A stretch of 64,000 bases of DNA from Fimbriosthenelais zetlandica (Eukaryota). The notes beneath the pieces were generated by a model that had not been told where the DNA came from, ran no database searches, and saw only the letters and a program-made list of their open reading frames with translations. Within the stretch, counting starts at the first letter, position 1, and each line of letters begins with the position of its first letter. The DNA is taken from positions 17,794,001 to 17,858,000 of the forward strand of contig OZ365114.1 in the NCBI GenBank assembly GCA_977030845.1. Reading direction: 5' to 3'. Below, piece by piece: positions 27,985-40,735 of this stretch. The position numbers were made by a program, and so were the translations under genes.

Positions 27985-29866
27985 TCAACTTCTAGTCGTG
28001 TACAAGTCTTTATCCTCTTTTTTAGACTGGCCGTGGTCTTCTTGAGCTTTGGTCGCAGATTTAGAACCTTTTTTCTCCAGTAGTAATTTGACGTCTTTTG
28101 AGTCATCCTTCTTAGGTGTGAACTCGTTCATCTCCACCTTTGAAACGAAATTTTACAATATTAGACACATAATACGTGTAAATTTCAAATGGCAAGGGGA
28201 TCGCTGAAGACACTTAATATGAACTAAAATCACAAAATTTTAATGAACCAAATGTTATGAGGGAGAAGCAATCACCTTTTGTGTTGACTTAGGTTCAGGC
28301 TTTTTCTCAGTTTTCCCAACCACTGCAATGAAGTATAAGCGAATTAGAAGATTGAGGGAAAGAATAATAAATATTTATCAATCTTGAACTGTGTAGTGTT
28401 ACATGTATTTAAATTAATGCCCCAATGCGATACATTTGACATTTTAAGTTCAAATATAAGCCAACTTACCATCTTGGTAGACTTTAGTGGATTCCTCTTT
28501 CACTCGACCCCAGGTAGCATTACTGATGTCTACTGCTTGGTTTGGATAACAAATGGCAGCAGCTGTTGTCATAGCCGCACTAGCGAGGAAGGTCTTACGA
28601 AGTATTCCACCTGTAGTTTAAAAAAGGAATAAACATAAAATGTTAATCATTAGCAGCGAGACCTTAAATCACAATCTAAGTAACCTGAAAAACTTCACAT
28701 GCTGTCTGGTGCATTAGTCAGAACAGTATAAAGGGGACTCCGATGGGAGTCCGGTCCTTCAAGATCCCCATGGTTTCGCTCCACTCCAGAATACGTGCAT
28801 TGATATGGGCAAACTTGTATAATGTAATCACTGGGAGAAGTATCTTTATTTTTTTCGTACTAAAATAATTGTTCGCACCTTTGTACCCAGCGACCACACC
28901 GCCCAGTCCAGCAATAGTGATGATCCCTGCACGCTGTAAGACACCAGTGTCTTCCTGGATCTTTATGCGCATATCTGAAAAAGTGATTCTTTCAAATTAA
29001 TTCCAACAATTTATCAATTTGAGAGCATTAAAACTATTTCCAGGAACACAGATAATATAAGATGTATTCATGGGTGTTAGACAATATTTTCATCACTGAT
29101 GACATCAATCCCCTGCTAGCTATTTAACCCACTTTTATAGCAAATCATTTGCACCAATAAATTCCCAGTTCATAATCCCATCATCCTGTGAATTTACTGT
29201 AGACTTCCAAAATAATTGAGCCTGAGGTATGTAGGTTAATCACTCGAAAGCTCTACATTCTATACTCACCATTAGCGAAGTCTTTAGTGATAGCGATGCC
29301 GGACTTGACATGTTCTATGGATCCCTGCATGCCTTCAGTAGCTGACCATACTGCCTGACGACAGTTAGACACAGCTTCCCTGTACGGTGTGATGGGCTCA
29401 GGTATGTATTCCAACTCTACCGGTAGGGGCTCACCGTAAATAGGCAGCTGTCAAAAACAGTCAAGCAGTGCATCCAATTTCAAACTTTCCAATTTTAGTA
29501 AGGGGAATAGCATTAGCAAATGGTAGGCCTACACTGCAGATAATTACATCTGACTTTCAACATAGTTTCCACCAGGTAGTGTACTATTATTTTTAAATAT
29601 ATTTTTTATACATTTTTTTATATATTTTTTATACATAATCACATGAACTAGTATATTAACTATCCATGTAGGCCTATGTTAGTTAGGTCATATCATCTCA
29701 TTGGCCTCTATATAGTAATATTTACCTCAGAAGGTTTGATTGTCTTTGACTTTGCTGGAGTGACAGGTAGGGCGGACTTCTCGCCCTCCTCAGAAGCATG
29801 GACGGTGAATGCTGCTAGAGGTACACTGGTCAGAATGACACCGGCAGGAAGGACCACTCTCAACAT
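27985..29866 (-). CDS. APOOL: MICOS complex subunit MIC26/MIC27 (apolipoprotein O family), 6 coding exons
   Basis: Minus-strand exons 29866-29726, 29447-29270, 28974-28879, 28610-28470, 28322-28276, 28137-27985, all GT-AG and in phase. Protein has KPSELPIY, a glycine-rich TM segment (AGIITIAGLGGVVAGYKGG), AAICYP and the C-terminus DHGQSKKEDKDLYTTRS typical of MIC27/APOOL. A probable non-coding exon ends near 30150. Cannot separate APOO from APOOL orthology here. Confidence 0.9.
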
Positions 29867-32158
29867 GATGGACTGAAAAATAGATAAATCAAACATGACT
29901 GAAGGGGCCTAATCTGACATCATGGGGGAGAAATTATCATGCAGTCGGTACTCACTACTGGGCGATAATAAGGGTTTTGTCTATACGACCCAGGCCAGGC
30001 CAACTTTAACATAGTATATATCTCCTAAATTACAATTTCTTCACTTCCAAATACCGAGGCCATCAATGCAAATCATAATGAATGAACTTAGGGCCCTCTA
30101 TAACCTTTAAACCGGGAAGAAAACAGTAAAATATTTACATTTTATACTCACCTTCCTCAAGCCTCACTCCAGAGGTGACCCAGCGCCGCTCCTAACCCCT
30201 ATTATCGCCCAGGTAAATAAGGACCAAATTATCTTGATTTTTCCAAAATGACAAGGTTAGATTAGGCATGGATAACCATTTCCTGTGTATTACAAGGTTA
30301 ATCTATAAAACAGCACTGATTTGAGGCAGGAAAACTGTTTCTCGCATTCGTTTATATTCCGTTTCGTTTATAAGCTTTGTGTTCTCTTTTTACCGGATGT
30401 ACATGAAAAGCGGAATCGTTTATGCCATCGATGGAAAGGACCATCGCCAGTTGCCGCGCAGGACATAATCTATGTACGGTACAAAATAATTGATTTATAC
30501 ATAGTTTTCTCGAGTCAGCCGTTGATTATTTTTACCAGATGAGCATTTCAGACATTGAAATATAATTTCAAGACGCGTTGTGGTAATATTTTGTTACATT
30601 ATCATTAGAAAACATAGGCCTAGGCCTAGGTCTAATGTAGGACTGCCATTGAGTTGAAATTCAAATGTGTATGAAAGTTAACACAAAGTTGACCAGTATG
30701 TTTACCAGAAGGTAGGCATACCCGTGGGTTGAAGTGGGTGTTAGGAAGTAGGTACCGGTATAATTAAGATCGCACACGATAGGGTTGCATCATAATTTTA
30801 TGGTTTTATTTGCTGATATCCCATATAAAGTTTGAGCTCTCCCTCGATGCAAATAGCGCAGAAGTTTGAGAATCCACTTCACCATGATATAACTTCCCGT
30901 CCCCTAAGATTATATCAAATAAATATTGACGTGTTTCCAACCATTAAACAGACATTTAATTATGTTCTCCTTTTTACTCTGATCCAAGGAACTGTCTATA
31001 ACTTTGGCACAAGGGACAAAAACAATGGTTCACTGATCCAAAGGGAACATGAATAATTAACTAATATTCAATGTGGGACCTACACATTGGAAGAATGGCG
31101 GAAAAGGTAATTAAAACTTGCATTCTGAAATGGAAATTCTATGCCTGACTCAAAGAACAAACTATGAACACTAAATTAATATGAAATATAGCTCTACAGG
31201 GACACTAAAACACGGGCAATTTTCCAGCGTTTCCTCGACTGTTTACAAGGAAAGAAAACACCGAAAACATCTTTAAGAGAGTGTAGTTCTATTACATTTC
31301 TAAACTTCAAAACTAAAATTATCTAGATATAGTATATGATAAGTATTTGAAGGTTGTAATATCTACATGTATAATTGACATACATTCCTCTGGGTCTAAA
31401 CGCGTGCACTACTGAAATTATCTCAAAACAACCATTGGCGGTTATTTCTCCTCACTATAGTGTATATTTATCCAAGTTATGTATACTGACGCTTTCCAAT
31501 AATTGATGCGCTACACCAAGTATAGAACCACTCTCTCTGACATAGTAATTAGTCATAGAAAGAGATCGATAAGCTCTGAGTTAATGAATGCACGTGGGAA
31601 TTGAATTCAGACTCAAACCACTGCCATGTTTACTTCATTCAATTCATCTCCTTGCCATTCAGTCAATACCGCAACAGATTGCGATCACAACCAGTATATT
31701 ACATTCTATATTCAACGCTCAAACGGCTACAACTTTCTAATGTGAATTGCCTGTTAGGAAAAATTCCTAATGTCTATACCAGGAATGCCCATTCTTTCAA
31801 CCATTTTCAGTGCATGAAGAAAAGACTGATGGAAAAATAAAGGAACACCCCCTGCTTGCCCTTCTGTCCCCTGGGAATTGTCTCCTATTCTGGTTCTCAC
31901 GGGTTAATCAAGTGTGAGCCCCCTGGGAAATAGGTTAATATCGAGCAGAAACAAAGGTGGATGCTCCGAGAGGCAAACGGCAATGCTGAAGAGCAACTCA
32001 CGCTACACAATAGCCTCATTTGCATATGCACGAGCCCACTAAGACAGACGCTGAACGCGTATATATTGTGCTCAGTTGTACTCGGATAATAGCAAGGAGC
32101 CTCAGGAATTATTAGTGGCAGTCATATTGAAGGCTGTGCCAAACTTCTCCCAACGAAA

Positions 32159-33627
32159 ATGCCTACAAAAGTGATAGTCAAGATAAAATATTGGTAAGTA
32201 CATTCCATCCAATTATTTCGACTAGTACTTACTAACTTTGGATTTATTCATAACACGTAGAAAAGTTGAAAACCAGAATTTGATTTACTTTCCTTTAAAA
32301 AGTTGAAGGAGGGGGATTTGATGAAGTTGACCCTGATGAAATTAGTCTTTTTGCTATGCTTTCATATGAAAGTATTATAATTTTATCTGGAAATTTCCTA
32401 AGTTTATCCTAAAGACATTTTCACTGTATTGGGCGGGCAGAGCGCCTATGTCTCAAGAGATACAGAAGGGGAAAGAACATTCGTTAATTAATAATTTACT
32501 CTATCTGACGTCAATGTGTTTACATGAACTGCAGGAATGACTGTCTGATCTGTGCGCAATTAATTCATTTGAAATCATCAACATGACAAAAAATCATGCA
32601 AATTAATTTAACTTTATATTATACATGTATACTTTATAATAAAATGACTGCCGAATCTACTAAGTATAATTCTATCATAAGAGGTTTGTGTTTTGATTAT
32701 TTGAGAACAAACTGCATATTTGAGAAATATCTCTATTTCCATTTCAGCGATGGATGAGCATACCGCATTAAGGTACGTTGTAAACAAAATATATAGTGGC
32801 CATTGTGAATCAACACTCACATAGGCATTCGGATCATTAATGCAAAGCCTAATCAAACAAGTGCTGAATTACATCATTAGTCATACCGTCAAGTGTAATT
32901 CGGACTAATATAAATGATTTTATTCCAGTTCCGCGAGCTTAAAGCGGAGCTTATCGACCTTTTTGGTGAGGAAGTAGAGGTGGTAAGTTAGTTAAAATTA
33001 TAAAATAATTCTAGATATCCGATATTTAATGTGAACCAATGTTTTAACCAGTTAACCTTAATGGCAAGTCTTCAGATGATGCTCTTTACAAAGCAGCTAT
33101 TACGGCTTTATGTATACGCTCAGACGAATTGTAACAGAATTGTAAGTTTAAATATAACAAGAGTTCTTCAGACCAAGCCCGCGTTTGGTGGTCGAGTTTG
33201 AGAAAATGGTTAATTCTGGAATGCAGCCAACACCCTCCAGGTCTGAGAGAGTGCAGCCATTCCCTGATTCACTATTCATGAATTTGTATTTAATTTGTAT
33301 GACTTTACAGATAGGAAAGCGGGCCGAAGAACGCACAGGCGAATTCGAAGTCCTAGTCGACGAAACACTTGTTCATTCCAAACGGGTGAGTACATGTATG
33401 CACGAAAACGACTCACTTTCATTCGTAAATCGCCATTTCAAAATATCTTGACTGCTATTGTCATGCAACATTGACTTTTTATAGTTCAGTGTAGCAGGAT
33501 CTCAATTAACTCATTTTATCTACAAATAAATTTTCTGCAGGGTGGCGATGGATTTGTGGACGCTGTTAAAAAATCTAAGATCAAGAGAGAAATAGAGGAC
33601 ATCATTACTCCGCCGGTGGATTGGTCG
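32159..33627 (+). CDS. SELENOW: Selenoprotein W-like (Rdx family) with in-frame TGA (Sec) in CxxU motif; last exon uncertain
   Basis: Exons 32159-32193, 32748-32772 (25 nt, TGA at 32755-32757), 32929-32982 (54 nt), 33311-33385 (75 nt), 33541-33627 give MPTKVIVKIKYCDGUAYRIKFRELKAELIDLFGEEVEVIGKRAEERTGEFEVLVDETLVHSKRGGDGFVD..., matching the SelW motifs YCxxU, TGxFEV, LxHSK and GDGxVD. Confidence 0.88.
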
Positions 33628-36256
33628 GTAAGTAGCATTCTGTTAGTGAATGGGTTAGAATTGAAAATGAAATTTCACGTCATGCGCGTGTGAACTTAGC
33701 AATCGCATGCTCTTTTACAGGCATTATCCTGCCGGGTTGAAAAATACACACATATAGCTTATAGAAATGAAAGTGTTTGTAATGGATTTTAATGTATAAA
33801 ACTATTGAGAACCTCATCATCAGTCTATAGCACATTCTTCCATGCATTGGGGTGGCACTACTCCCCAAAGATGGGTCATCATTTTCTAAACTTTGTTCTA
33901 AATTCATGCTAAGTGCTGTGAAAAATTGCGTTTATAATAATGGAATAAATTAATGCATATCATCTTTCATTTAAATGAATAAACGATATATATTTCATGG
34001 GGGAAGAATGTGGTATTTAGATGTTGCAGTTAGGTTTGTACATACGTCTATAATTCACCTTTTGATAATGAGACAAACAGAAGTTAGCCAAAATATTTTC
34101 ATCGTTCTTAGCAATCCTCAATATTCAATTGCCTTTCTTTTTTCTGAAAACTCGCATTTCTGAAAGATCGCATTTGAATTTTAGAGCTGATTATCTAATA
34201 ATTATTTTTCATTGTATTCCTTTTGCATTGCTTATCCGTGTTCATTCCCTTGCCGCGTGCTTGCATTCATAATCAGGTCCCTAACGGTTATACGGAAAGC
34301 AGATTCTCCTCGGTAGGTTGCAATGACCCATTGAGTATCAAATTAATATTGGACCAATGAACTGTCGATGAATTAGGCTTCATAAGGTTCTGAATGTAAA
34401 AACTAGTAATACATATTTTCCCCTGGTATATCCAATACTATTAGGGCCTATACAGAGAGGAATTGTATCATATTTTGTAAAATGCACTAAGTTGGAAATT
34501 TTATGAAAGTTAAAAGCCAAGTGATAAAGCCCAAATTTAAAGTATAAAGGAAAACAATCATCGTTTGCAATTTGTAGACTACGTATATTTTACATTCCAA
34601 ATTAGCATCTTCATTTTAGATTTTTATTATTTAAACTTTCTCAAAGATTAATTGATATTTTTCTAATTTAGACATAAGATGAGCTCCGTGTTTTTGATGG
34701 TAAGAAATGTGCAAAGGTGGTGTTTCAAACAGAACATAATATTGTTATTGGTGTTGGAATGTGGATATAGTACATGTTACACCGTTATTAAATGTGGTAG
34801 GACATTATATAATATAGGGTCTGTCCAGAAGTTGTATGTATCATCACATTATGAACGTTACAGTATTGGTATAGTTGTCTCATTATCTTGTATTTTCACA
34901 AACAAAGGTTTCTACACTACTATCTGGTCATCCAAACCAGTAAATTATTCCACTGTCCTTCATGAATGTTGCTAGTCTTTTTATCTCATATCATAGAAAT
35001 CTAAGACAGTAAGTACTTAATTCTGATCTTATATATAAGTTTAATAATTATGCCACTCTGGTGGAAGATCCAATATTTAGTCATGGGTGTTTAGGCACCG
35101 AGGTTGAATTAAGCAATAAATCCAGTCAATATCAAACAATAAAATATAAATCTAAATATGTAGATTTCTCGTATTTCACATTATTCGCATACATGTTATG
35201 ACATTAACATAATAAATATTATTTATATCATATAATGGCCTACAATGACGCCTCAAAAAAGGTTTTCTTTAACATTTCAGTAACAAGCCTTGGAACCTTG
35301 CACCACTGAAGGCCCCGATATGAAGGCATGCTTCAAAATCTGAAAAGCAGATGGGGTGTGCCCGAGCCTCTAATTAGGGTGCGTGTCAGTGGTGATGGGG
35401 GACGACGCACATTACGCCAACTACACGCGTGGCCAGTCAATAATTGGACAGTTCTTCTTACATCACTAGATGTCATCACTACTTTATTTTAATTGTTAAT
35501 TTACTGTACTGAACAAGCTGTTACATTTAGATTATTTTGGCTTCAGTTTCGAAGAGCATAATAATTATAGATAATTTAATGGAAGGGTTGTCCAATTGAC
35601 TACTTGTAAATATCCACAAGAATACATATTATATTAAACAAATTTGAAATTGATTCATGGATGCATGTATGTATACAGGCTCATAGTTAAAGTTAGTCAC
35701 ATTAGGTTATTTAAACTACTCGTTACGACTTAAATCCTTCCTATACAGGATTGATAAGCACATGACTTTCACTGTTGTTTCAATGAATGTGTACACAAAA
35801 TTGGCAATTTTTTAATTAAAGCTAAAATAAAAATAAAAATAAAAACAATAAAATGAAAGAAAATAGAAAAAAAAGCTGCATTAAATCATAATGATTCTGT
35901 CATCAAATTATGAACAAACGCTTAAATAAAGCAAAAAATCCATCTTGTCTCAAGTGTTTTCCTTAGCTAAAACCAGAAGAGTCCACCGTACATGTATTAT
36001 CAGTTTATATGAATAAGTGGTACACCTTTCTTTAATTCATACAGTCAAATATCAGAAAGGACTTTCATACCTTTGGTGCCAGGCATGGAAGTACCCTCGA
36101 AATGGGCGCATGAGAGTGGCAGGTGGAATGGTGCTCTCCAATAGCTATTGCCTAACGATTCTACTATTTTTCTAATCTTTATGCCTTAAGGTGTGATAAC
36201 AGAGTGCCAGGAGTTGTGTTCACACTTATTTCCCACACATTGATTCAGACTTGGGT

Positions 36257-36555
36257 ATGAGGAGAAAGTCGTTGATGTTACTTTTAAAACAAAACCACAA
36301 GCTGGTTGAAGAATCAATTGGATACATTGGAAGAAGGGAGGAAATGACTGCCCATGAAGAGTTGGTACCTATGTCACACCAAATGAAAAAGCCGTTATCT
36401 ATGGGCGAAGAAGAGAAGCAACTTGTATTGTCTAGGGACAAATCAATGTACAAGAACGTCTGTAACTGTGTGTATCCAATACAAAACAAGATTCCAAACC
36501 TCACTCCAACGCGAAGGGAATCAGCCATTTATATTGCAGAAAGATTGGGCAAAGG
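36257..36555 (+). CDS. Exon 1 of a hypothetical low-complexity protein gene (continues at 36815 and 39362-40735)
   Basis: Open frame MRRKSLMLLLKQNHK...AERLGK ending at donor GG|GTAGGT (phase 2). Phase matches acceptor tttgacttgcag|T at 36814. No recognisable family. Confidence 0.45.
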
Positions 36556-36827
36556 GTAGGTTCTTCTATCATTCACCTACATGTACATGTCTATTCATTT
36601 AGAGCATGAGAGGTTCAGAAAAATGACGCCAGGCAGAGACACTGAACTTCTGCACGCTCCCTATATACGTGTGTATTTGTAGCATAGTTTTCATGCTCCT
36701 GGCAAGATAAGATGGATGTTAGTCTTTCGTTAGAGATATCTTCTTGATACCCATAATTATGAGGTTCAGTAAAAGTTAAAAGCATCTGTATCAAAGCATC
36801 ACTTTGACTTGCAGTATCAGTTGCCGG

Positions 36828-39357
36828 TGTAACAGCCCATTTTAACCCCCCTCCCGTTTTATACCCGGGTATACTGTAGCCTAGCCCATTTTATACCCCG
36901 GGGGTTAATTTAGGCTAGCCCAGATTATACTCCGGGGCTATTCCAGCCTAGCCTACAGTATACCCCCCCAGCCCAAAATACACCCCCCTTAAAACAGTGC
37001 CCAAAACAGGGAAAACCAAGGGGTTTGGCTAACACAACCAAGGGGTATAATCTGGCCTAGCCCAGTTCATACCCCTTGAAATATATTATAGCTAACACAA
37101 CCAAGGGGTATAATCTGGACTAGCCCAGTTCATACCCCTACACTTATAGAGCTAACACAACCAAGGGGTATATTCTGGGCTAGCCCAGATTATACCCCTT
37201 GTAATATATAGCTAACACAACCAAGGGGTATAACACAACCAAGGGGTATATTCTGGGCTAGCCCAGATTATACCCCTTGTAATATATAGCTAACACAACC
37301 AAGGGGTATAATCTGGGCTAGCCCAGTTTATACCCCTACACATATATAGCTAACACAACCAAGGGGTATAATCTGGGCTAGCCCAGTTTATACCCCTACA
37401 CATATATAGCTAACACAACCAAGGGGTATAATCTGGGCTAGCCCAGTTTATACCCCTTGTAATATATAGCTAACACAACCAAGGGGTATAATCTGGACTA
37501 GCCCAGTTCATACCCCTACACATATAGAGCTAACACAACCAAGGGGTATATTCTGGGCTAGCCCAGATTATACCCCTTGTAATATATAGCTAACACAACC
37601 AAGGGGTATAATCTGGGCTAGCCCAGTTTATACCCCTTGTAATATATAGCTAACACAACCAAGGGGTATAATCTGGGCTAGCCCAGTTTATACCCAGTTT
37701 ATAAGGGGTATCAACCAAGGGGTATAATCTGGGCTAGCCCAGTTTATACCCCTTGGTTGTGTTTGCTATATATATCAAGGGGTATAAACTGGGCTAGCCC
37801 AGATTATACCCCTTTGATGTGTTAGCTATATATTACAAGGGGTATAATCTGGGCTAGCCCATTTCATACCCAATGACATACATGTATCTAGCTAACAGAA
37901 CCAAGGGGTATAATCTGGGCTAGCCCAGTTTATACCCCTTGTAATATATAGCTAACACAACCAAGGGGTATCATCTGGGCTAGCCCAGTTTATACCCCTA
38001 CACATATAGAGCTAACACAACCAAGGAATATAAGGGGCTAGCCCAGATTATACCCCTTGGTTGTGTCAGCTATATATATTTCAAGGGGTATAAACTGGGC
38101 TAGCCCAGATTATACCCCTTGGTTGTGGTAGCTATATATTACAAGGGGTATAAACTGGGCTAGCCCAGATTATACCCCTTGGTTGTGTTAGCTAGATACA
38201 TGTATGTCATTGGGTATGAAATGGGCTAGCCCAGATTATACTCCTTGGTTGTGTTAGCTCATTATGTGAAGGGGTATAAACTGGGCTAGTCCAGATTATA
38301 CCCCTTGGTTGTGTTAGCTATATATTACAAAAGGTATAAACTGGGCTAGCCCAGATTATACCCCTTGGCTGTGTCAGCTCTATATGTGTAGGGGTATAAA
38401 CTGGGCTAGCCCAGATTATACCCCTTGGTTGTGTTAGCTCTATATGTGTAAGGGTATAAACTGGGCTAGCCCAGATTATACCCCTTGGTTGTGTTAGCTC
38501 TATATATGTAGGGGTATAAACTGGGCTAGCCCAGATTATACCCCTTGGTTGTGTCAGCTATATATATTTCAAGGGGTATAAACTGGGCTAGCCCAGATTA
38601 TACCCCTTGGTTGTGTTAGCTCTATATGTGTAGGGGTATAAACTGGGCTAGCCCAGATTATACCCCTTGGTTGTGTCAGCTATATATTACAAGGGGTACA
38701 AACTGGGCTAGCCCAGATTATACCCCTTGGTTGTGTCAGCTATATATATTTCAAGGGGTATAAACTGGGCTAGCCCAGATTATACCCCTTGGTTGTGTTA
38801 GCTCTATATGTGTAAGGGTATAAACTGGGCTAGCCCAGATTATACCCCTTGGTTGTGTTAGCTATATATTACAAGGGCTATGAACTGGGCTAGCCCAGAT
38901 TATACCCCTTGGTTGTGGTAGCTATATATTTCAAGGGGTATAAACTGGGCTAGCCCAGAATATACTCCTTGGTTGTGTATGTGTGGATGTGTGGATGTGT
39001 GTGCATGGAAGACTAATTACATACAAAATATATACATATAGAGCACAGACTGATTTGGCTTAACACAATCTAGATGATAACGTCTTCAGGAAGCAAGGTA
39101 ATTAACTCAATTTCAAATAAAAACCATGAAAACAAACAAACGTGACACTTTTCCCTGTTTTGGCCACAGTTTTCCCTGTTTTGGGCACTGTTTTAAGGGG
39201 GGTGTATTTTGGGCTGGGGGGGTATACTGTAGGCTAGGCTGGAATAGCCCCGGGGTATAATCTGGGCTAGCCTAAATTAACCCCCGGGGTATAAAATGGG
39301 CTAGGCTACAGTATCCCCGGGTATAAAACGGGAGGGGGGTTAAAATGGGCTGTTACA
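36828..39357. mobile_element. Non-autonomous TIR DNA transposon, Ginger1-like (TGT...ACA ends, CCGG TSD)
   Basis: Near-perfect 189-bp inverted repeats at 36828-37016 and 39169-39357, beginning TGTAACAGCCCATTTTAACC. CCGG directly flanks both ends (36824-36827, 39358-39361). No transposase ORF. Superfamily inferred from remembered Ginger1 hallmarks. Confidence 0.8.
37028..38977. repeat. ~60-bp tandem satellite (about 30 units) built on a 34-bp palindrome, in both orientations
   Basis: Unit gctaacacaaccaa-GGGGTATAATCTGGGCTAGCCCAG(A/T)TTATACCCC-(tacacatata|ttgtaatata)ta. Orientation switches near 37740, 37857 and 38040. Confidence 0.95.
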
Positions 39358-39361
39358 CCGG

Positions 39362-40735
39362 CACATTATCAAGCGACCTGTGAAGTTCTCGTTCTGCCAT
39401 GAGGAACGCAGGGAAAGCCTGGCACGAACTGCTGGCCAGAAACAACGGTTACCCTGCCAAGACATCCACACCGCCACAACAGAAGATGAGTCAGAAAGGC
39501 TTCCAAGGTTCATGACATTATCACCTACACCCCATAGTACTACTGTTGTGAGGGAAAACACCCACATGAAACAGTACGAGATGGAAATGAAGAACAAGGT
39601 GAGATCTAGTAGACCTGTCAGGCCAACACAGTCTGCTCCTGCTCTGGTTGGCCGCACAAGACAACCAAGAAAACCAGACCAAGTTCAACCATCCCAAAAG
39701 CTGCACAACCTGAAGGCAAGGGAGCATAGAAGTGCACCAAAGACGTCATTGGACGCATCCGAGACATCATGTATAGGTAGAAAGTCCTTATATAAACCCA
39801 AATATGAGAATTCAACAAAAATACACCCCTCTGTCAGGTTCAACATTGGCGACTGCGGAGAATGTGAAAAGCTGACCAGATGTGCCTCACCTCGGCAGAA
39901 GGGGGTGTCCTCCAGGGTTCCTTATCCACCTCAACTCCCAGTGGCCAGGTCAACTGATGGTACAGTCAGGCCACTCAAACGTGGATCTTCTAAAAATATC
40001 AACAACGAAGTGGATGTTTTCATACCATCAGCCCAAACCCCTCGGTCCTTGATTCAGTTGGGAAGCCCTAAAGAGATAAGGAAAGGGGGTTGCTTATCGC
40101 TCCAGACTAAAGATATGGAATCAGGGCAGATTAAGCCAATGATCCATCGAAGCTTCGAGGGTGAACAAGTATCAAGTGATCCTAAGGGAAAAACTGGTTG
40201 TATGCCAACAAGGTCTGACAAAGACATACTTAGTAATTTCATTAACCATCCTGTTAGCCTTTCTCTTAACCCAGATTACAAACCATACAAATCTCTGACT
40301 AAAATTGGCATTCTGAAGAAAGAACCTCCTAAAGAGTCAAAACCTTTTAGTGGCAATGACAGATCCTTGATTGTACAAAGCATCACATTAGCACATATTC
40401 CTGACAGGAAGGTCTACCCAGAACCTAAAAGCAGAACACTAGATATTACGATTCCATGCGAGTACATCGACGAAAGAACCCAAGACACAGGTGACCAAAG
40501 TGATGCTGCTTCAGACAAATCTTCCACGGGTCCTGAGAACTTGAGTAACAGATATCTCTATAAAGAAGGTGATGTTGATCTAAACTGTGCATCGAAATCT
40601 GATAATATCCTGCCAGATGAACAGAACAATCAAGATGAGAGGGTCGATATAAGGCTGGACCATAATATACAAAGTGATGGGTACTGTGGCAGCGACTGTC
40701 CATTCAATCATGGCCGGCAGAAGATGAGCATTTAA
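39362..40735 (+). CDS. Large terminal exon of a hypothetical Ser/Pro/Lys-rich, probably disordered protein; 5' end cut off by the transposon
   Basis: About 1.37 kb stop-free frame in AT-rich DNA (track ORF 39380-40735, 451 aa). The frame stays open across the reconstructed empty site back to acceptor 36814. Confidence 0.6.
   Translation, partial: HIIKRPVKFSFCHEERRESLARTAGQKQRLPCQDIHTATTEDESERLPRFMTLSPTPHSTTVVRENTHMKQYEMEMKNKVRSSRPVRPTQSAPALVGRTRQPRKPDQVQPSQKLHNLKAREHRSAPKTSLDASETSCIGRKSLYKPKYENSTKIHPSVRFNIGDCGECEKLTRCASPRQKGVSSRVPYPPQLPVARSTDGTVRPLKRGSSKNINNEVDVFIPSAQTPRSLIQLGSPKEIRKGGCLSLQTKDMESGQIKPMIHRSFEGEQVSSDPKGKTGCMPTRSDKDILSNFINHPVSLSLNPDYKPYKSLTKIGILKKEPPKESKPFSGNDRSLIVQSITLAHIPDRKVYPEPKSRTLDITIPCEYIDERTQDTGDQSDAASDKSSTGPENLSNRYLYKEGDVDLNCASKSDNILPDEQNNQDERVDIRLDHNIQSDGYCGSDCPFNHGRQKMSI

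Noticed and set aside
34320-34390. SECIS element candidates (ATGA...AA...TGA)
   Set aside because: By-eye folding gave weak or broken helix II pairing; not supportable without SECISearch.
37028-38977. CRISPR array (palindromic repeats separated by spacers)
   Set aside because: The 'spacers' are themselves near-identical repeats, there are no cas genes, the context is eukaryotic, and the array lies inside a TIR element.
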